A DNA stretch of 43,315 nt from Pirellulales bacterium (GTDB lineage: Bacteria; Planctomycetota; Planctomycetia; Pirellulales; JALHLM01), in NCBI GenBank assembly GCA_022844585.1, contig JALHLM010000002.1:1-43315 (forward strand), written 5' to 3'. The notes under the pieces were generated by a model, which ran no database searches, was not told the origin of the DNA, and saw nothing but the letters and a program-made list of their open reading frames with translations. Below, in pieces: positions 27,758 to 37,679 of this stretch; positions within the stretch are counted from its first letter, which is position 1, and each line of letters opens with the position of its first letter. The position numbers were made by a program, and so were the translations under genes.

Positions 27758-28912
27758 TCAACTACTTTTGCGTGATCGCAAGTCCTTGACGTTTTTCACG
27801 ATACGTTCACAGGCCGCGTCGACTTCCGCGGCCGTCGTGGTGAGCCCGAAACTGAACCGCAACGCGCTACCCAAAACCGGGTCCGAGGCGCCCATCGCCA
27901 TGAGCACGTGCGAAGGATCACTCGACCCGCTGGCGCAGGCCGAACCGGTCGAACAAGCGACGCCGGCCAGGTCCAAGGCGACGACCAGCATCTGCCGATC
28001 GACCCCCAAAAAGGATAGGTTCGACGTATGTGGGGCCCTTGCCGCCCCGACGCCGTTGACGACCACGTCCGGCACCTGGGAGAGCAGTGTCCTTTCGAAC
28101 TGATCGCGCACTACTTCCAAACGAGCCGGGATCTCCGGCCGGTTGATCGCCAACTCCAGCGCCGTTTGCATCCCGACGGCCAACGTGACCGACTCCGTCC
28201 CAGGACGCAGGCCGGCTTGCTGGAACCCGCCGAAATGGATCGGCTGTAGTGGGGCTCCATGTGACAGGATCAAAACGCCCACGCCGCGCGGCCCGCCGAG
28301 TTTGTGAGCGGTGGCCGTCAACGCCGTGACGCCCAGTTCCGCGAAGTTGACCGGCAGCTTGCCGACCGCCTGCACTGCGTCGGTGTGGAGTGGCACGCCA
28401 GCGGCCTCGCAGATCATGGCCGCCTCGCGGACCGGTTGAATGGCGCCGGTTTCATTGTTCACCAGCATCAGGCTCACGACCCGCGTCTCGGGCCGAAGCA
28501 CGTCGGATAGCTGATCGATCCGCGCGACTCCGTTTTTGTCGACTGGCAATCGATCGACGGTAAATCCGCGCCGTTCCAAATGCTCCGCCGCGCCGAGCAC
28601 GCTGGGATGCTCAATCGCCGAGACAATCACGTGCCCCGGCGGATTTCCAGCGAGACCGATCAAGGCGAGATTGTTGGATTCCGTCCCGCCGCTCGTGAAC
28701 AGCACCTGGTCGGCGCGATGGGAATCGGTCCTCGCGCCGAGTAGCCGCGCGATGGTTTCCCGTGCTGTTTCGAGCCGCCGCCGCGCCCGCTGGCCGAACT
28801 GGTGTTGGCTGGCGGGATTGAGAAACCCCTCGGCATCGCACGCCCGCATCGCCTCGGCCACGACAGGGTCGAGGGGCGTGGTGGCATTGTGGTCGAGGTA
28901 GATGGGGGGCAT
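27758..28912 (-). CDS. cysteine desulfurase (class V aminotransferase, IscS/NifS family)
   Basis: 384 aa starting MPPIYLDHNATTP. It has the PLP-lysine motif TATAHKLGGPRGVG and the active-site cysteine loop CSTGSACASG. Confidence 0.88.
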   Translation of the reverse strand: MPPIYLDHNATTPLDPVVAEAMRACDAEGFLNPASQHQFGQRARRRLETARETIARLLGARTDSHRADQVLFTSGGTESNNLALIGLAGNPPGHVIVSAIEHPSVLGAAEHLERRGFTVDRLPVDKNGVARIDQLSDVLRPETRVVSLMLVNNETGAIQPVREAAMICEAAGVPLHTDAVQAVGKLPVNFAELGVTALTATAHKLGGPRGVGVLILSHGAPLQPIHFGGFQQAGLRPGTESVTLAVGMQTALELAINRPEIPARLEVVRDQFERTLLSQVPDVVVNGVGAARAPHTSNLSFLGVDRQMLVVALDLAGVACSTGSACASGSSDPSHVLMAMGASDPVLGSALRFSFGLTTTAAEVDAACERIVKNVKDLRSRKSS

Positions 28913-28916
28913 GGGA

Positions 28917-29756
28917 CTACAACCACAACTCCAGCCGCCCGTCGAACAAGTCCGGGATGGCCCGTTCGATGATGGCTTTCGCGTGGCTGGCGTGGTAGCG
29001 CGTGCTGAGGTGGGCGGCGATGATTTTTTCGTTCTTGAACTTTTCGCGCCGCGCCACGACGTCGTCCAAGTGAATGTGACCGAACTTGTGGATCTTTTCT
29101 TTGCGATGCGTTGGCGCGACGAACGTCATCTCCATGATCAATACCTGGGCCTCATACATGGCCGGGTTCTGATCGAGGCCTGGCGGCGAGCTGTCGCCCA
29201 GATAGGCCAGACGCGGAACGCGGCGCTCCTCGGTCACTTCCGTGCCGCCCAGCCGCAGGTCGCGAATCTGGTCGCCGGCCAGGTGTTGAAACTCTGTCTT
29301 GAGCTTCCGGCGACGTTCCCAGACGACGAACCCCAGCGACGGCACCGTGTGCGTCGTGGCGTGGGCCGTCACGACATGCTCGCGGGAGAGCTCGAATTCA
29401 TCGCCGGGCTTCACCGGAATCAGATTGCACGGCAGCCGGCCGCGATCGAGTCGCGAGACGAGTTTGAGCAGCTTGTCGACCGTCTCGACCATGTGCTCCG
29501 GCATGTAGATCGTCGGCGGGCTCATCTTCATCATCCGCCGCCGGGCCACGTACACCGGCAGCGCCGCCACGTGGTCCAAATGCCCATGCGAGACGAACCA
29601 GGTCTCCGTCGCCATAAACGCCCAGGGCTGCGCGCCGAGATCGAAGCCGACCTTCAACTCGGGAATCCGCCAATAAGTCTGCACCGCGGCGCGGGAATAG
29701 CCCTCGATGGTGAGGTCCTTATGGACGAGCGTCTTGACGGGGAGGTTTTTGAGCAT
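28917..29756 (-). CDS. MBL-fold metallo-hydrolase (RNase Z-like)
   Basis: 279 aa with the motif VSHGHLDHV (HxHxDH). Its stop lies 4 nt upstream of the cysteine desulfurase start. Confidence 0.7.
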   Translation of the reverse strand: MLKNLPVKTLVHKDLTIEGYSRAAVQTYWRIPELKVGFDLGAQPWAFMATETWFVSHGHLDHVAALPVYVARRRMMKMSPPTIYMPEHMVETVDKLLKLVSRLDRGRLPCNLIPVKPGDEFELSREHVVTAHATTHTVPSLGFVVWERRRKLKTEFQHLAGDQIRDLRLGGTEVTEERRVPRLAYLGDSSPPGLDQNPAMYEAQVLIMEMTFVAPTHRKEKIHKFGHIHLDDVVARREKFKNEKIIAAHLSTRYHASHAKAIIERAIPDLFDGRLELWL

Positions 29757-29879
29757 GGACCGGGTGGGACGGAACGAGGCGGAAACCTGTTAGTTTACGG
29801 GACTGGAATCGGCGAAGATACGGGGCCGGCCGCCTGGGAGTGATTCACGTTCTACGTCGCAAGTCGTTAGACTTTGGGA

Positions 29880-30128
29880 ATGGATCAAAACCCGTACAAA
29901 TCGCCGCAGTGCGGAGGATCGAAGAATCACAATGGCGTTTTTCGGCCCTACGCCAAGGTTGCAATGCTTGGTCTAGCGGCGTTCTTTGTGGTGTTCGGCA
30001 GCTACTGCACAATTGTCGCGATCGTGGCAAGACGGAGTGATTTCAGGATTCCGGTGGCGCTCTCTGCCGCGGCTTCAATCGCAATTGGTATTGGACTGTT
30101 CTGGTTGGCTCGTAGACGTCAGCGCTAG
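29880..30128 (+). CDS. small two-TM membrane protein (hypothetical)
   Basis: ORF 29874..30128 begins at TTG; an ATG lies at 29880 (MDQNPYKSPQ...). It has two hydrophobic helices and a basic C-terminus (ARRRQR). Confidence 0.5.
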   Translation: MDQNPYKSPQCGGSKNHNGVFRPYAKVAMLGLAAFFVVFGSYCTIVAIVARRSDFRIPVALSAAASIAIGIGLFWLARRRQR

Positions 30129-30211
30129 GCGCTCATTGCCGTTTCGCTACCATCGAATGGAGGCGCGGATTTGCGAATACGTTCACTTCACTTTGCACGG
30201 AGGCCTAGCCC

Positions 30212-31078
30212 ATGCCGGAGTTGCCGGAAGTCGAGACCATGCGGCGGGGGATCGCCGCGGTGTTGGGGAGCGTGATTGGCGACGTCGAGCGCTTCGCGCC
30301 GGATTACCAGCCGATCACCATTGCGCCGGAATGGCCGAAGTTTTGCCGCCGATTGCGCGGGAAACGGATCATCGGGCTCTCGCGGGCAGGCAAACGCGTC
30401 GTGCTCGATCTCTCTGACGAGCACCGCTTGGTGATCGAACCGCGGATGACCGGGCTAGTGCTGGTGGCCGAACCGCCGAATCAGGAGCACTTGCGGTTGC
30501 GGCTTTCGTTGCGCGGCGGCCCAGTCTCGCACCTGATGTATTGGGACCGGCGCGGCCTTGGCACGGTGCGGTTGATGACGGTCGGCGAATTCGAGGAACG
30601 TCTCGGGCCGGAAATGCTTGGGCCGGACGCGTTGGAGATCACGTCGACCGATTTGCGCGAACGGTTGTGTGCGAGCCGCCGGGCCATCAAGGTCGCGCTC
30701 CTGGACCAGCGGGCCGTAGCGGGCATCGGCAATTTGTACGCGTCGGAGATTTTGCATCTGGCGCGCGTTCATCCCGCGCGGCGATGCGATCAGATCACGC
30801 GCATCCAGTGGGAACAAATTCACATCGCCATGGTGAAGGTACTGCACGAGGCGATTCTGTACGAAGGCTCCACGTTGTCCGACGGCACCTACCGCAACGC
30901 CCTCAACAAGGCGGGCGGCTACCAGAACGAGCACCGCGTGTACGATCGCGCGGAGAAAAAATGCCGCACCTGCGGCGCGGCGGAGATCGTCCGCATTGTC
31001 CAGGCGCAACGCTCGACGTTCTTCTGCCCGGCGTGTCAACCGAAAGGGTCTGTGGGAATTAAACGTCGACCCCGTTGA
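30212..31078 (+). CDS. mutM: formamidopyrimidine-DNA glycosylase
   Basis: 288 aa with the N-terminal MPELPEVET, the H2TH region, and a C-terminal zinc finger CRTCGAAEIVRIVQAQRSTFFCPAC. Confidence 0.93.
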   Translation: MPELPEVETMRRGIAAVLGSVIGDVERFAPDYQPITIAPEWPKFCRRLRGKRIIGLSRAGKRVVLDLSDEHRLVIEPRMTGLVLVAEPPNQEHLRLRLSLRGGPVSHLMYWDRRGLGTVRLMTVGEFEERLGPEMLGPDALEITSTDLRERLCASRRAIKVALLDQRAVAGIGNLYASEILHLARVHPARRCDQITRIQWEQIHIAMVKVLHEAILYEGSTLSDGTYRNALNKAGGYQNEHRVYDRAEKKCRTCGAAEIVRIVQAQRSTFFCPACQPKGSVGIKRRPR

Positions 31079-31110
31079 AACGCGGAGGCGTGGAGACGCA
31101 GAGGGGGAGA
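31072..31110 (+). repeat. 3'-end repeat module shared with the dnaN 3' flank
   Basis: CGCGGAGGCGTGGAGACGCAG (31081-31101) matches the reverse complement of 25012-25032 at 20 of 21 positions. The flanks are similar too (GTTGAAA.../...GGGGGAGAATGA). In both places the module starts at or within a few nt of the upstream gene's stop codon, in the same relative orientation. Confidence 0.75.
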
Positions 31111-31151
31111 ATGAGTAGCGGACGCGCGTAGGCTTCGTCAGAATATAGTTT

Positions 31152-32279
31152 ATGGCAGACGATGTGGAGTTCATCTCGCGGATTCACGATTCCGGCGCGG
31201 CATTTGTCCTGGCAGCGACCGGTGGCGGGTCGTTGGCGATGGGCCGGCTGCTGACCGTGCCGGGGGCTTCGCGGGGTGTGCTCGAAACGGCGGTGCCGTA
31301 TTCCCCGGCGGCGCTACGGGCTTGGTTGCGCGCCACGCCTGAGCACTATTGCGAGCCAGCGACCGCGCGGTTGATGGCCATGGCCAGTCTTGCCCGCGCG
31401 CGGGAATATGCCGCGGCCGAGGGCATCGCGTCGCGCCTGTTTGGCGTCGGTTGCACGGCGAGTTTGGCCAGCGACCGGCCGAAACGCGGAGCGCATCGGG
31501 CGCATGTGGCGTGGCAATCGATCGATGCGACGGTCACGTTTTCACTGGAGCTGGAAAAGGGCGCGCGTAGCAGGGCTGAGGAAGAAGCGCTGGTGGCGGA
31601 TCTCGTTTTGAATGCCATCGCGGACGGCGCGGGTATTTCCGATCGATTGGCGCTTGCGCTGAGCGATTCAGAAAACGTTGTCGAACGACGCACGACGGCG
31701 CCACGAGCTTGGAGTGAACTCGTGTTTGGCGATGGAGAGCCGGTGGGCGTTGGCCCGGCGACACGCGAGGCGCCGGCGCTGTTTCCGGGCGCGTTCCATC
31801 CGATCCATGACGGGCACCGGGGCATGGCGGAAGTCGCGCAGCGCAAGCTGGGGCGGCCGATTCAGCATGAACTTTCGGTGCGCAACGTCGACAAGCCGCC
31901 GCTCGATTTTACGGAAATCGAAGATCGGCTCGCGCAGTTCCGCGCAGGGGAACCGGTCTGGCTCACTGCCGCTCCGACATTTGTGGAAAAGGCGAGACTC
32001 TTTCCCGGCGCGACGTTCGTCGTCGGGCTGGACACGGTCGTGCGCATCGGCGCGGCCCGGTATTACGGTGACAGCCAGCCGGCACGCGATGCTGCCATCG
32101 CGGAACTGGCGCGGCTGGGCTGCGGGTTCCTGGTGTTCGGACGCAAAGCGGGCGATCGATTCGAAACGCTCGCCGACGTGGAGTTGCCGCCGGCGTTGAG
32201 AAAACTCAGCCGCGAAGTGCCGGAAGCAGAATTCCGCGCGGATATTTCGTCGACGGAATTGCGGCGAAGTAGCCGCTAA
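31152..32279 (+). CDS. fusion protein: CinA/PncC-like N-terminal domain + NadD/NMNAT-like nucleotidyltransferase
   Basis: 375 aa. The N-terminal half, FVLAATGGGSLAMGRLLTVPGASRGVLETAVPYS, resembles the (AES)TGG..vpGaS..Ys core of PncC. The C-terminal half has the HxGH motif (GAFHPIHDGH) and a terminal ISSTELR, as in nicotinate-nucleotide adenylyltransferases. Confidence 0.55.
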   Translation: MADDVEFISRIHDSGAAFVLAATGGGSLAMGRLLTVPGASRGVLETAVPYSPAALRAWLRATPEHYCEPATARLMAMASLARAREYAAAEGIASRLFGVGCTASLASDRPKRGAHRAHVAWQSIDATVTFSLELEKGARSRAEEEALVADLVLNAIADGAGISDRLALALSDSENVVERRTTAPRAWSELVFGDGEPVGVGPATREAPALFPGAFHPIHDGHRGMAEVAQRKLGRPIQHELSVRNVDKPPLDFTEIEDRLAQFRAGEPVWLTAAPTFVEKARLFPGATFVVGLDTVVRIGAARYYGDSQPARDAAIAELARLGCGFLVFGRKAGDRFETLADVELPPALRKLSREVPEAEFRADISSTELRRSSR

Positions 32280-32294
32280 CGGCATGGCAGCCGA

Positions 32295-32834
32295 CTACGG
32301 CACCTGGAACGTCGACTGCGTTTTGACGATCGCGTAGTCGTCCGGGAAGGTGTGGAAGGCCTGGATGGTGAGTTGCTTGTTGCGGTGTTCGACGTTGATG
32401 TAGCTCAACGCTCCGAGGGCCATCCGGCCGCTGGAATCGAAGCGGTGGAGCATGCCGCGGCGTTTGCTGTCGTGGCACAGCTCCTGCTGAAACAGGTAAA
32501 ACATCCGCGGATCGACCGGTTCCAGCGAGAAAGTCATCCCGTAGGTGGCGCCTCCCCGGCATTCCATCTGCTCGGTCCGGTCGCCGTTGAGCCGGTAATT
32601 CATGATCCGCCGGCGTACCGGCAGCGGATGATGGGCGGCCGTGGCCACCTCGGTCAGCGTGATGCCATGATAGCGCCAGGTGACGACATGGCCGGCGCTC
32701 GTGATGCTGATCGTGGCCTCGTAGTCGCCGCGCTGGACGGTCCGCGTGGTGTGTATCTCAAACAGCTCGGGATGGAGTGCACGTCCATAGAGATTGAAGA
32801 CCAATTCCGCGACCTTGGGCCGAACCGATAACAC
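32295..32834 (-). CDS. hypothetical protein (possibly DUF2617-like)
   Basis: 179 aa with a GTG start. The opening LVFNLYGRALHPELFEI is, as far as I recall, typical of DUF2617. I cannot verify the family assignment here. Confidence 0.5.
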   Translation of the reverse strand: MLSVRPKVAELVFNLYGRALHPELFEIHTTRTVQRGDYEATISITSAGHVVTWRYHGITLTEVATAAHHPLPVRRRIMNYRLNGDRTEQMECRGGATYGMTFSLEPVDPRMFYLFQQELCHDSKRRGMLHRFDSSGRMALGALSYINVEHRNKQLTIQAFHTFPDDYAIVKTQSTFQVP

Positions 32835-33107
32835 GAGTAGTCCTCAACCTGTCAGCGCTTATCAAAGGCGTGCGACCTATCGCCGCACGTGGAGTACGTC
32901 ACTGCCACGAGTCGCATTATACGCCAGGCAAGCCAACGACACCAAGGGAGTTTTCAAGGTGATGTCGACGGCCAGAAAACATTCTTGAATCCGCACTTGA
33001 CAAGTGCCAATGATCGAGTTCAACGATCAACCGCGAGAACGATTGCGCGCTCCCATTCTCCGCGAGACCGCTCTCGATCGCGGCGAAAAATGCGGTACGA
33101 TGCGCGC

Positions 33108-33782
33108 ATGAGCGGCAATGTCGAAGAAGCGTATCAGCGATTGTTCGCGGCCTACGGGCCGCAACATTGGTGGCCGGCGGAAACGCCGTTCGAAATGATG
33201 GTCGGCGCGGTGCTGACGCAGAACACCAATTGGTCCAACGTCGCCAAGGCGCTCGAAAACCTGCGCGAAGAAGGGCTGCTCGACGCGGCGGCGCTGCATC
33301 GATTGCCCGCGGAAGAACTCGCCGAGTTGATTCGGCCCGCCGGCTACTACCGGCTCAAAGCGGGGCGGCTCAAACGGCTGTTGGACCTGTTGTTCGATCG
33401 CTTCGACGGGTCGCTGGACGAAATGTTCTCGCGATCGCTGGATGACTTGCGCGAGTTGCTGCTCAGCGTAAACGGCATCGGCCCGGAAACCGCGGATTCG
33501 ATTCTTCTCTATGCGGGCAAATACCCGACGTTCGTCGTCGATACCTACACGCATCGCGTTTTCAAACGGCACGCCTGGATCGAGGACGAAGCCGACTATC
33601 ACACGCTGAAAGACTCGATCGAAGCCGGCCTGGAACGCTCCGCGCCGTTGTTCAACGAGTATCACGCCTTGCTCGTCAAAGTCGGTAAAGAACATTGCGG
33701 CCCGAAACCGCGCTGCGAAGGTTGCCCATTGCAAGAACTACTGCCGCCCGGCGGGCCGCACGAACCGGCGCCTTTCGAGTAG
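33108..33782 (+). CDS. endonuclease III-like HhH-GPD base-excision DNA glycosylase domain protein
   Basis: I trimmed ORF 32889..33782 to the ATG at 33108 (MSGNVEEAYQRL...). It has AVLTQNTNW, the HhH motif LLSVNGIGPETADSILLYA, the catalytic-Asp region VVDTYTHRV, and a C-terminal CGPKPRCEGC. Confidence 0.8.
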   Translation: MSGNVEEAYQRLFAAYGPQHWWPAETPFEMMVGAVLTQNTNWSNVAKALENLREEGLLDAAALHRLPAEELAELIRPAGYYRLKAGRLKRLLDLLFDRFDGSLDEMFSRSLDDLRELLLSVNGIGPETADSILLYAGKYPTFVVDTYTHRVFKRHAWIEDEADYHTLKDSIEAGLERSAPLFNEYHALLVKVGKEHCGPKPRCEGCPLQELLPPGGPHEPAPFE

Positions 33783-33976
33783 GTCAGGCACCGCCGACGA
33801 AGTCGAAATCGCGGCACAAGAATTTGACGATTCAACGTCCATCGTCAGCGCGAGAAATGTGCCTGACAAGGATGCGACGTCGTTCCCGTCAGGCACGTCG
33901 CTTGCCACTCACTTGGATGTGGCGGCGGTTGACATGATTCGCACGCCGCGGTGCTTCGTCGGCGGTGCCTGACCTA
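33780..33976. repeat. MITE-like element with perfect 23-bp terminal inverted repeats
   Basis: TAGGTCAGGCACCGCCGACGAAG (33780-33802) and its exact reverse complement (33954-33976) flank 151 nt. The interior carries a nested GTGCCTGAC/GTCAGGCAC inverted pair. The left terminus supplies the TAG stop of the preceding gene. Confidence 0.85.
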
Positions 33977-33987
33977 CGAAAGGCGCT

Positions 33988-34275
33988 TCAAATCCCCATC
34001 CGCGAAAGGGCATCGATCACGCTGCCCAATAGCCCCGAAAGTTGCGGGTGCGTTTCTTCGAATTCCCGCGCCGCGGTCGTGAGCCGGCTAGGGAGCGCCG
34101 TGATCGATGGCTCGGGCGCTCCGCCGGCTTGTTGGCGGCGCAGCGTCGATTGGATTTCCTCTAGCGCCTCCGAGAGCATCGTGCGTACGTCGGCGTCCGC
34201 CGGATCGAGGCGTTCCAACTCCGCGTGGAGTTCGCCCAGGGTCTGTTTTAGCTTCGCGAGGTCTTCGGTGCTCAT
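33988..34275 (-). CDS. small helical protein (DUF4404-like)
   Basis: 95 aa starting MSTEDLAKLKQTLGELHAELERLDPADADVRTMLSEALEEIQ and ending EFEETHPQLSGLLGSVIDALSRMGI. This matches my recollection of the DUF4404 pattern. Confidence 0.55.
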   Translation of the reverse strand: MSTEDLAKLKQTLGELHAELERLDPADADVRTMLSEALEEIQSTLRRQQAGGAPEPSITALPSRLTTAAREFEETHPQLSGLLGSVIDALSRMGI

Positions 34276-34306
34276 AGTGCTATTGTAAGTGCGCGGAGCA
34301 AATACA

Positions 34307-34405
34307 CCAACCCGAAGCGCCAGCGAGGGGGAGAGGACTTCGACTTCAGCGCGATGTTGCGCTGAGATGGAGCGTCCGTTCCCCCTCGCTGGCGCTTCGG
34401 GTTGG
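34307..34405. repeat. long hairpin element of the GCGCCAGCGAGGG family
   Basis: CCAACCCGAAGCGCCAGCGAGGGGGA (34307-34332) pairs perfectly with 34380-34405, a 26-bp stem. An inner hairpin, TCAGCGC-gatgtt-GCGCTGA, sits in the loop. The element ends 2 nt from the stop codon of the DUF1080 gene. Confidence 0.9.
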
Positions 34406-34407
34406 TA

Positions 34408-35598
34408 TCACCTCCCTACGCCCGGCATCTCCGCGGCGCGGAGATTTCGGAACGAGAGATCGGTCGTCGGGTCGTGTCCTTGGATGATCAGCGTGCCGGC
34501 GGCGCGGCGGAGGCCTTCGCGCGGGTTGTCGCTGGCCGGGCGCGTGTCGGTCCAATCGCTCACCGGGTACCCGTTCACCCAGGCCGCCATGTGATCGCCG
34601 GAGACGACTAGCGTCATGGGGAACCAGGTGAAATCATCCGCCGCCACCTTGCGGGCTTTTTGCCGGCGATAAAACGCGCCGGTGCCGAAGTCCGTCGGCT
34701 GTGTGCGATCATCGTTCTGATAGCCGTTCTGAATCTGGCACTCGTAGCCCTGCGTCACTTCGCCCGGGATGCTGCGAAAGAAGACGCCGGAGTTGAGATG
34801 TTTTCCGTTGGAGAATACTTCGAGTTGCAACGTGAAATCGGCGAACTGCCGAGCGCTTTCGAGTTGCCCCGGGCCGTTCTTGACGTTGAGCTCTCCGGCC
34901 GGCGTGACCGAGAACACGCTGGCCTTGCCGGGATACGGTTTCCAGCCGGTGAGGTCCTTGCCGTTGAAGATCGATTCTAATCCCAGCGGCTTGAGCTTGA
35001 TGTTGCGGAACTCGACCTCGCCCATGTTGAGCTGCAGGCCGATCCGCCCGCGCGGCACCGGCGCGGGGTCGGTGTAATCGAGCACCGTTTCGCCGTCGAT
35101 CTTGACGACCAGATGGGCCCCTTCGGCGGTAACTTCGTAGCTATGCCAGTCGCTGGTATCGATGGCGGGCGTCGACGCCTTTTGCCGGTTCACAAACCCG
35201 CCGGTGTAGAACGGGCTCAAATCCGGCGCGGCAATGTTCAGTTCATAGCAATCCTTAGCAGGCTCGGTCGGCGCGAGCGGTGTGCGGAGAAAGATGCCGG
35301 AGTTGGTCGTTTTCGGGGCTCGGAAATCGCACTTGAAAATGTAGTCGGCGAATTCGCTTGTCGTGCAGAGCAATCCTTTCTCGCCCTTCGTGACGCGAAT
35401 CGCGCTGTCGCGGACTTCCCAATCGGCCTTCGAGGTCGGCGTCCAACCGTAGAGCGTTTCGCCATCGAAGAGCAGCACCCAGCCGTCGGCCAGTTCCTCC
35501 GGCGACAGCGCGTTCAATTCCGCGGCTGCGGCGCCACGTCCGAGCGCCAGTCCAAGCAGCAATCCAATGAACAACCGAGCAGGGGGAAGGTATCGCAT
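34408..35598 (-). CDS. secreted protein with two DUF1080 (3-keto-disaccharide hydrolase-like) domains
   Basis: I trimmed ORF 34408..35835 to the ATG at 35596-35598, giving the signal peptide MRYLPPARLFIGLLLGLALGRGAAAA. It has two copies of the GW..LFdG..L.GW...NSG.F.R pattern, and the C-terminus is IIQGHDPTTDLSFRNLR. Confidence 0.8.
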   Translation of the reverse strand: MRYLPPARLFIGLLLGLALGRGAAAAELNALSPEELADGWVLLFDGETLYGWTPTSKADWEVRDSAIRVTKGEKGLLCTTSEFADYIFKCDFRAPKTTNSGIFLRTPLAPTEPAKDCYELNIAAPDLSPFYTGGFVNRQKASTPAIDTSDWHSYEVTAEGAHLVVKIDGETVLDYTDPAPVPRGRIGLQLNMGEVEFRNIKLKPLGLESIFNGKDLTGWKPYPGKASVFSVTPAGELNVKNGPGQLESARQFADFTLQLEVFSNGKHLNSGVFFRSIPGEVTQGYECQIQNGYQNDDRTQPTDFGTGAFYRRQKARKVAADDFTWFPMTLVVSGDHMAAWVNGYPVSDWTDTRPASDNPREGLRRAAGTLIIQGHDPTTDLSFRNLRAAEMPGVGR

Positions 35599-35741
35599 GG
35601 GGGCGTCGTCAATCGCGGGACGAAGTGGGTTCGCGCATTTGCTCCGGGCACCCGATGATGATACCCTGAAATCGCGCCGCAAGGCACCTGGGCGGCGCGA
35701 TGTTTTCGGCCGTTTGCCGTACTTCGCCAAGAGCGTCGAAA

Positions 35742-36011
35742 ATGGATCGCGTCGCTGCCTATGCCGAACTAACGCGGGAACTTGCCCGGTGGAGGGCGTT
35801 GGATTACTCGCAACTTTGTGAACATGTCGGGGCACTTCCTTCGGAACGCCGTTATCAGCATGCCGGCGCGGAATACCTCATCGAAGTGCGCGTGCGGAGC
35901 TCGCCGTCCGATGAGCGGAGTCTGATTATCGAAGCGACCGCATGCGATGCCAACTGGTTCGCGAACGCGAGAATTGATGAGTCAGTGATTGTCACCAACC
36001 CTGAGCCTTGA
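35742..36011 (+). CDS. hypothetical small protein
   Basis: ORF 35700..36011; I prefer the internal ATG at 35742 (MDRVAAYAELTRELARW...). I recognise no family, and coding status is uncertain. Confidence 0.35.
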   Translation: MDRVAAYAELTRELARWRALDYSQLCEHVGALPSERRYQHAGAEYLIEVRVRSSPSDERSLIIEATACDANWFANARIDESVIVTNPEP

Positions 36012-36030
36012 ACTCGGCGAGACGAGGCTT

Positions 36031-36080
36031 TCAAATAAAACAGGGCGGCCAGCGCGAATTCCGTTCGCGCCAGGCCGCCC
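36031..36080 (-). terminator. rho-independent terminator candidate (minus strand)
   Basis: The stem GGGCGGCC-AGCGCGAA / TTCGCGC-GGCCGCCC spans 36043-36080. On the minus strand it is followed by TGTTTTATTTGA (36031-36042). It lies about 140 nt downstream of the esterase stop. Confidence 0.55.
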
Positions 36081-36131
36081 ATTCAGCGGTGGAGGTGAGG
36101 CAAGTGCGGTTGCAGACCTTCGGTCGGACGG

Positions 36132-36210
36132 GTGGCACGGTCCGGAGACCGTGCCACAACAAGTCCTGGGATCTTCCGCCCACTGAAAACTGAACACTGA
36201 AAACTTCAAA
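36132..36210. repeat. perfect 11-bp hairpin plus a short CACTGAAAAC direct repeat
   Basis: The hairpin is GTGGCACGGTC-cgga-GACCGTGCCAC (36132-36157). CACTGAAAAC occurs at 36181-36190 and again at 36195-36204. Confidence 0.75.
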
Positions 36211-36218
36211 CTCCCCCA

Positions 36219-37577
<1,359 letters not shown>

Positions 37578-37679
37578 TCAGCTCTTCGACCATGGTGACC
37601 GCGATGCAGACGCCCCTGCCCCAGGCACCCGCCGTTCTCGTTGATCCGAAACATGTCATGGGCAAACCACTCGTGTTTC

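Noticed and set aside
29757-29879. The spacer where gene orientation switches from minus (MBL gene) to plus (small membrane protein), as an alternative origin site.
   Set aside because: It is only 123 bp, it is not AT-rich, and I saw no DnaA-box-like or repeated motifs in it. The strand bias to the right of it is weak, at about 58 percent plus by my tally. The dnaA-dnaN spacer is the better candidate.
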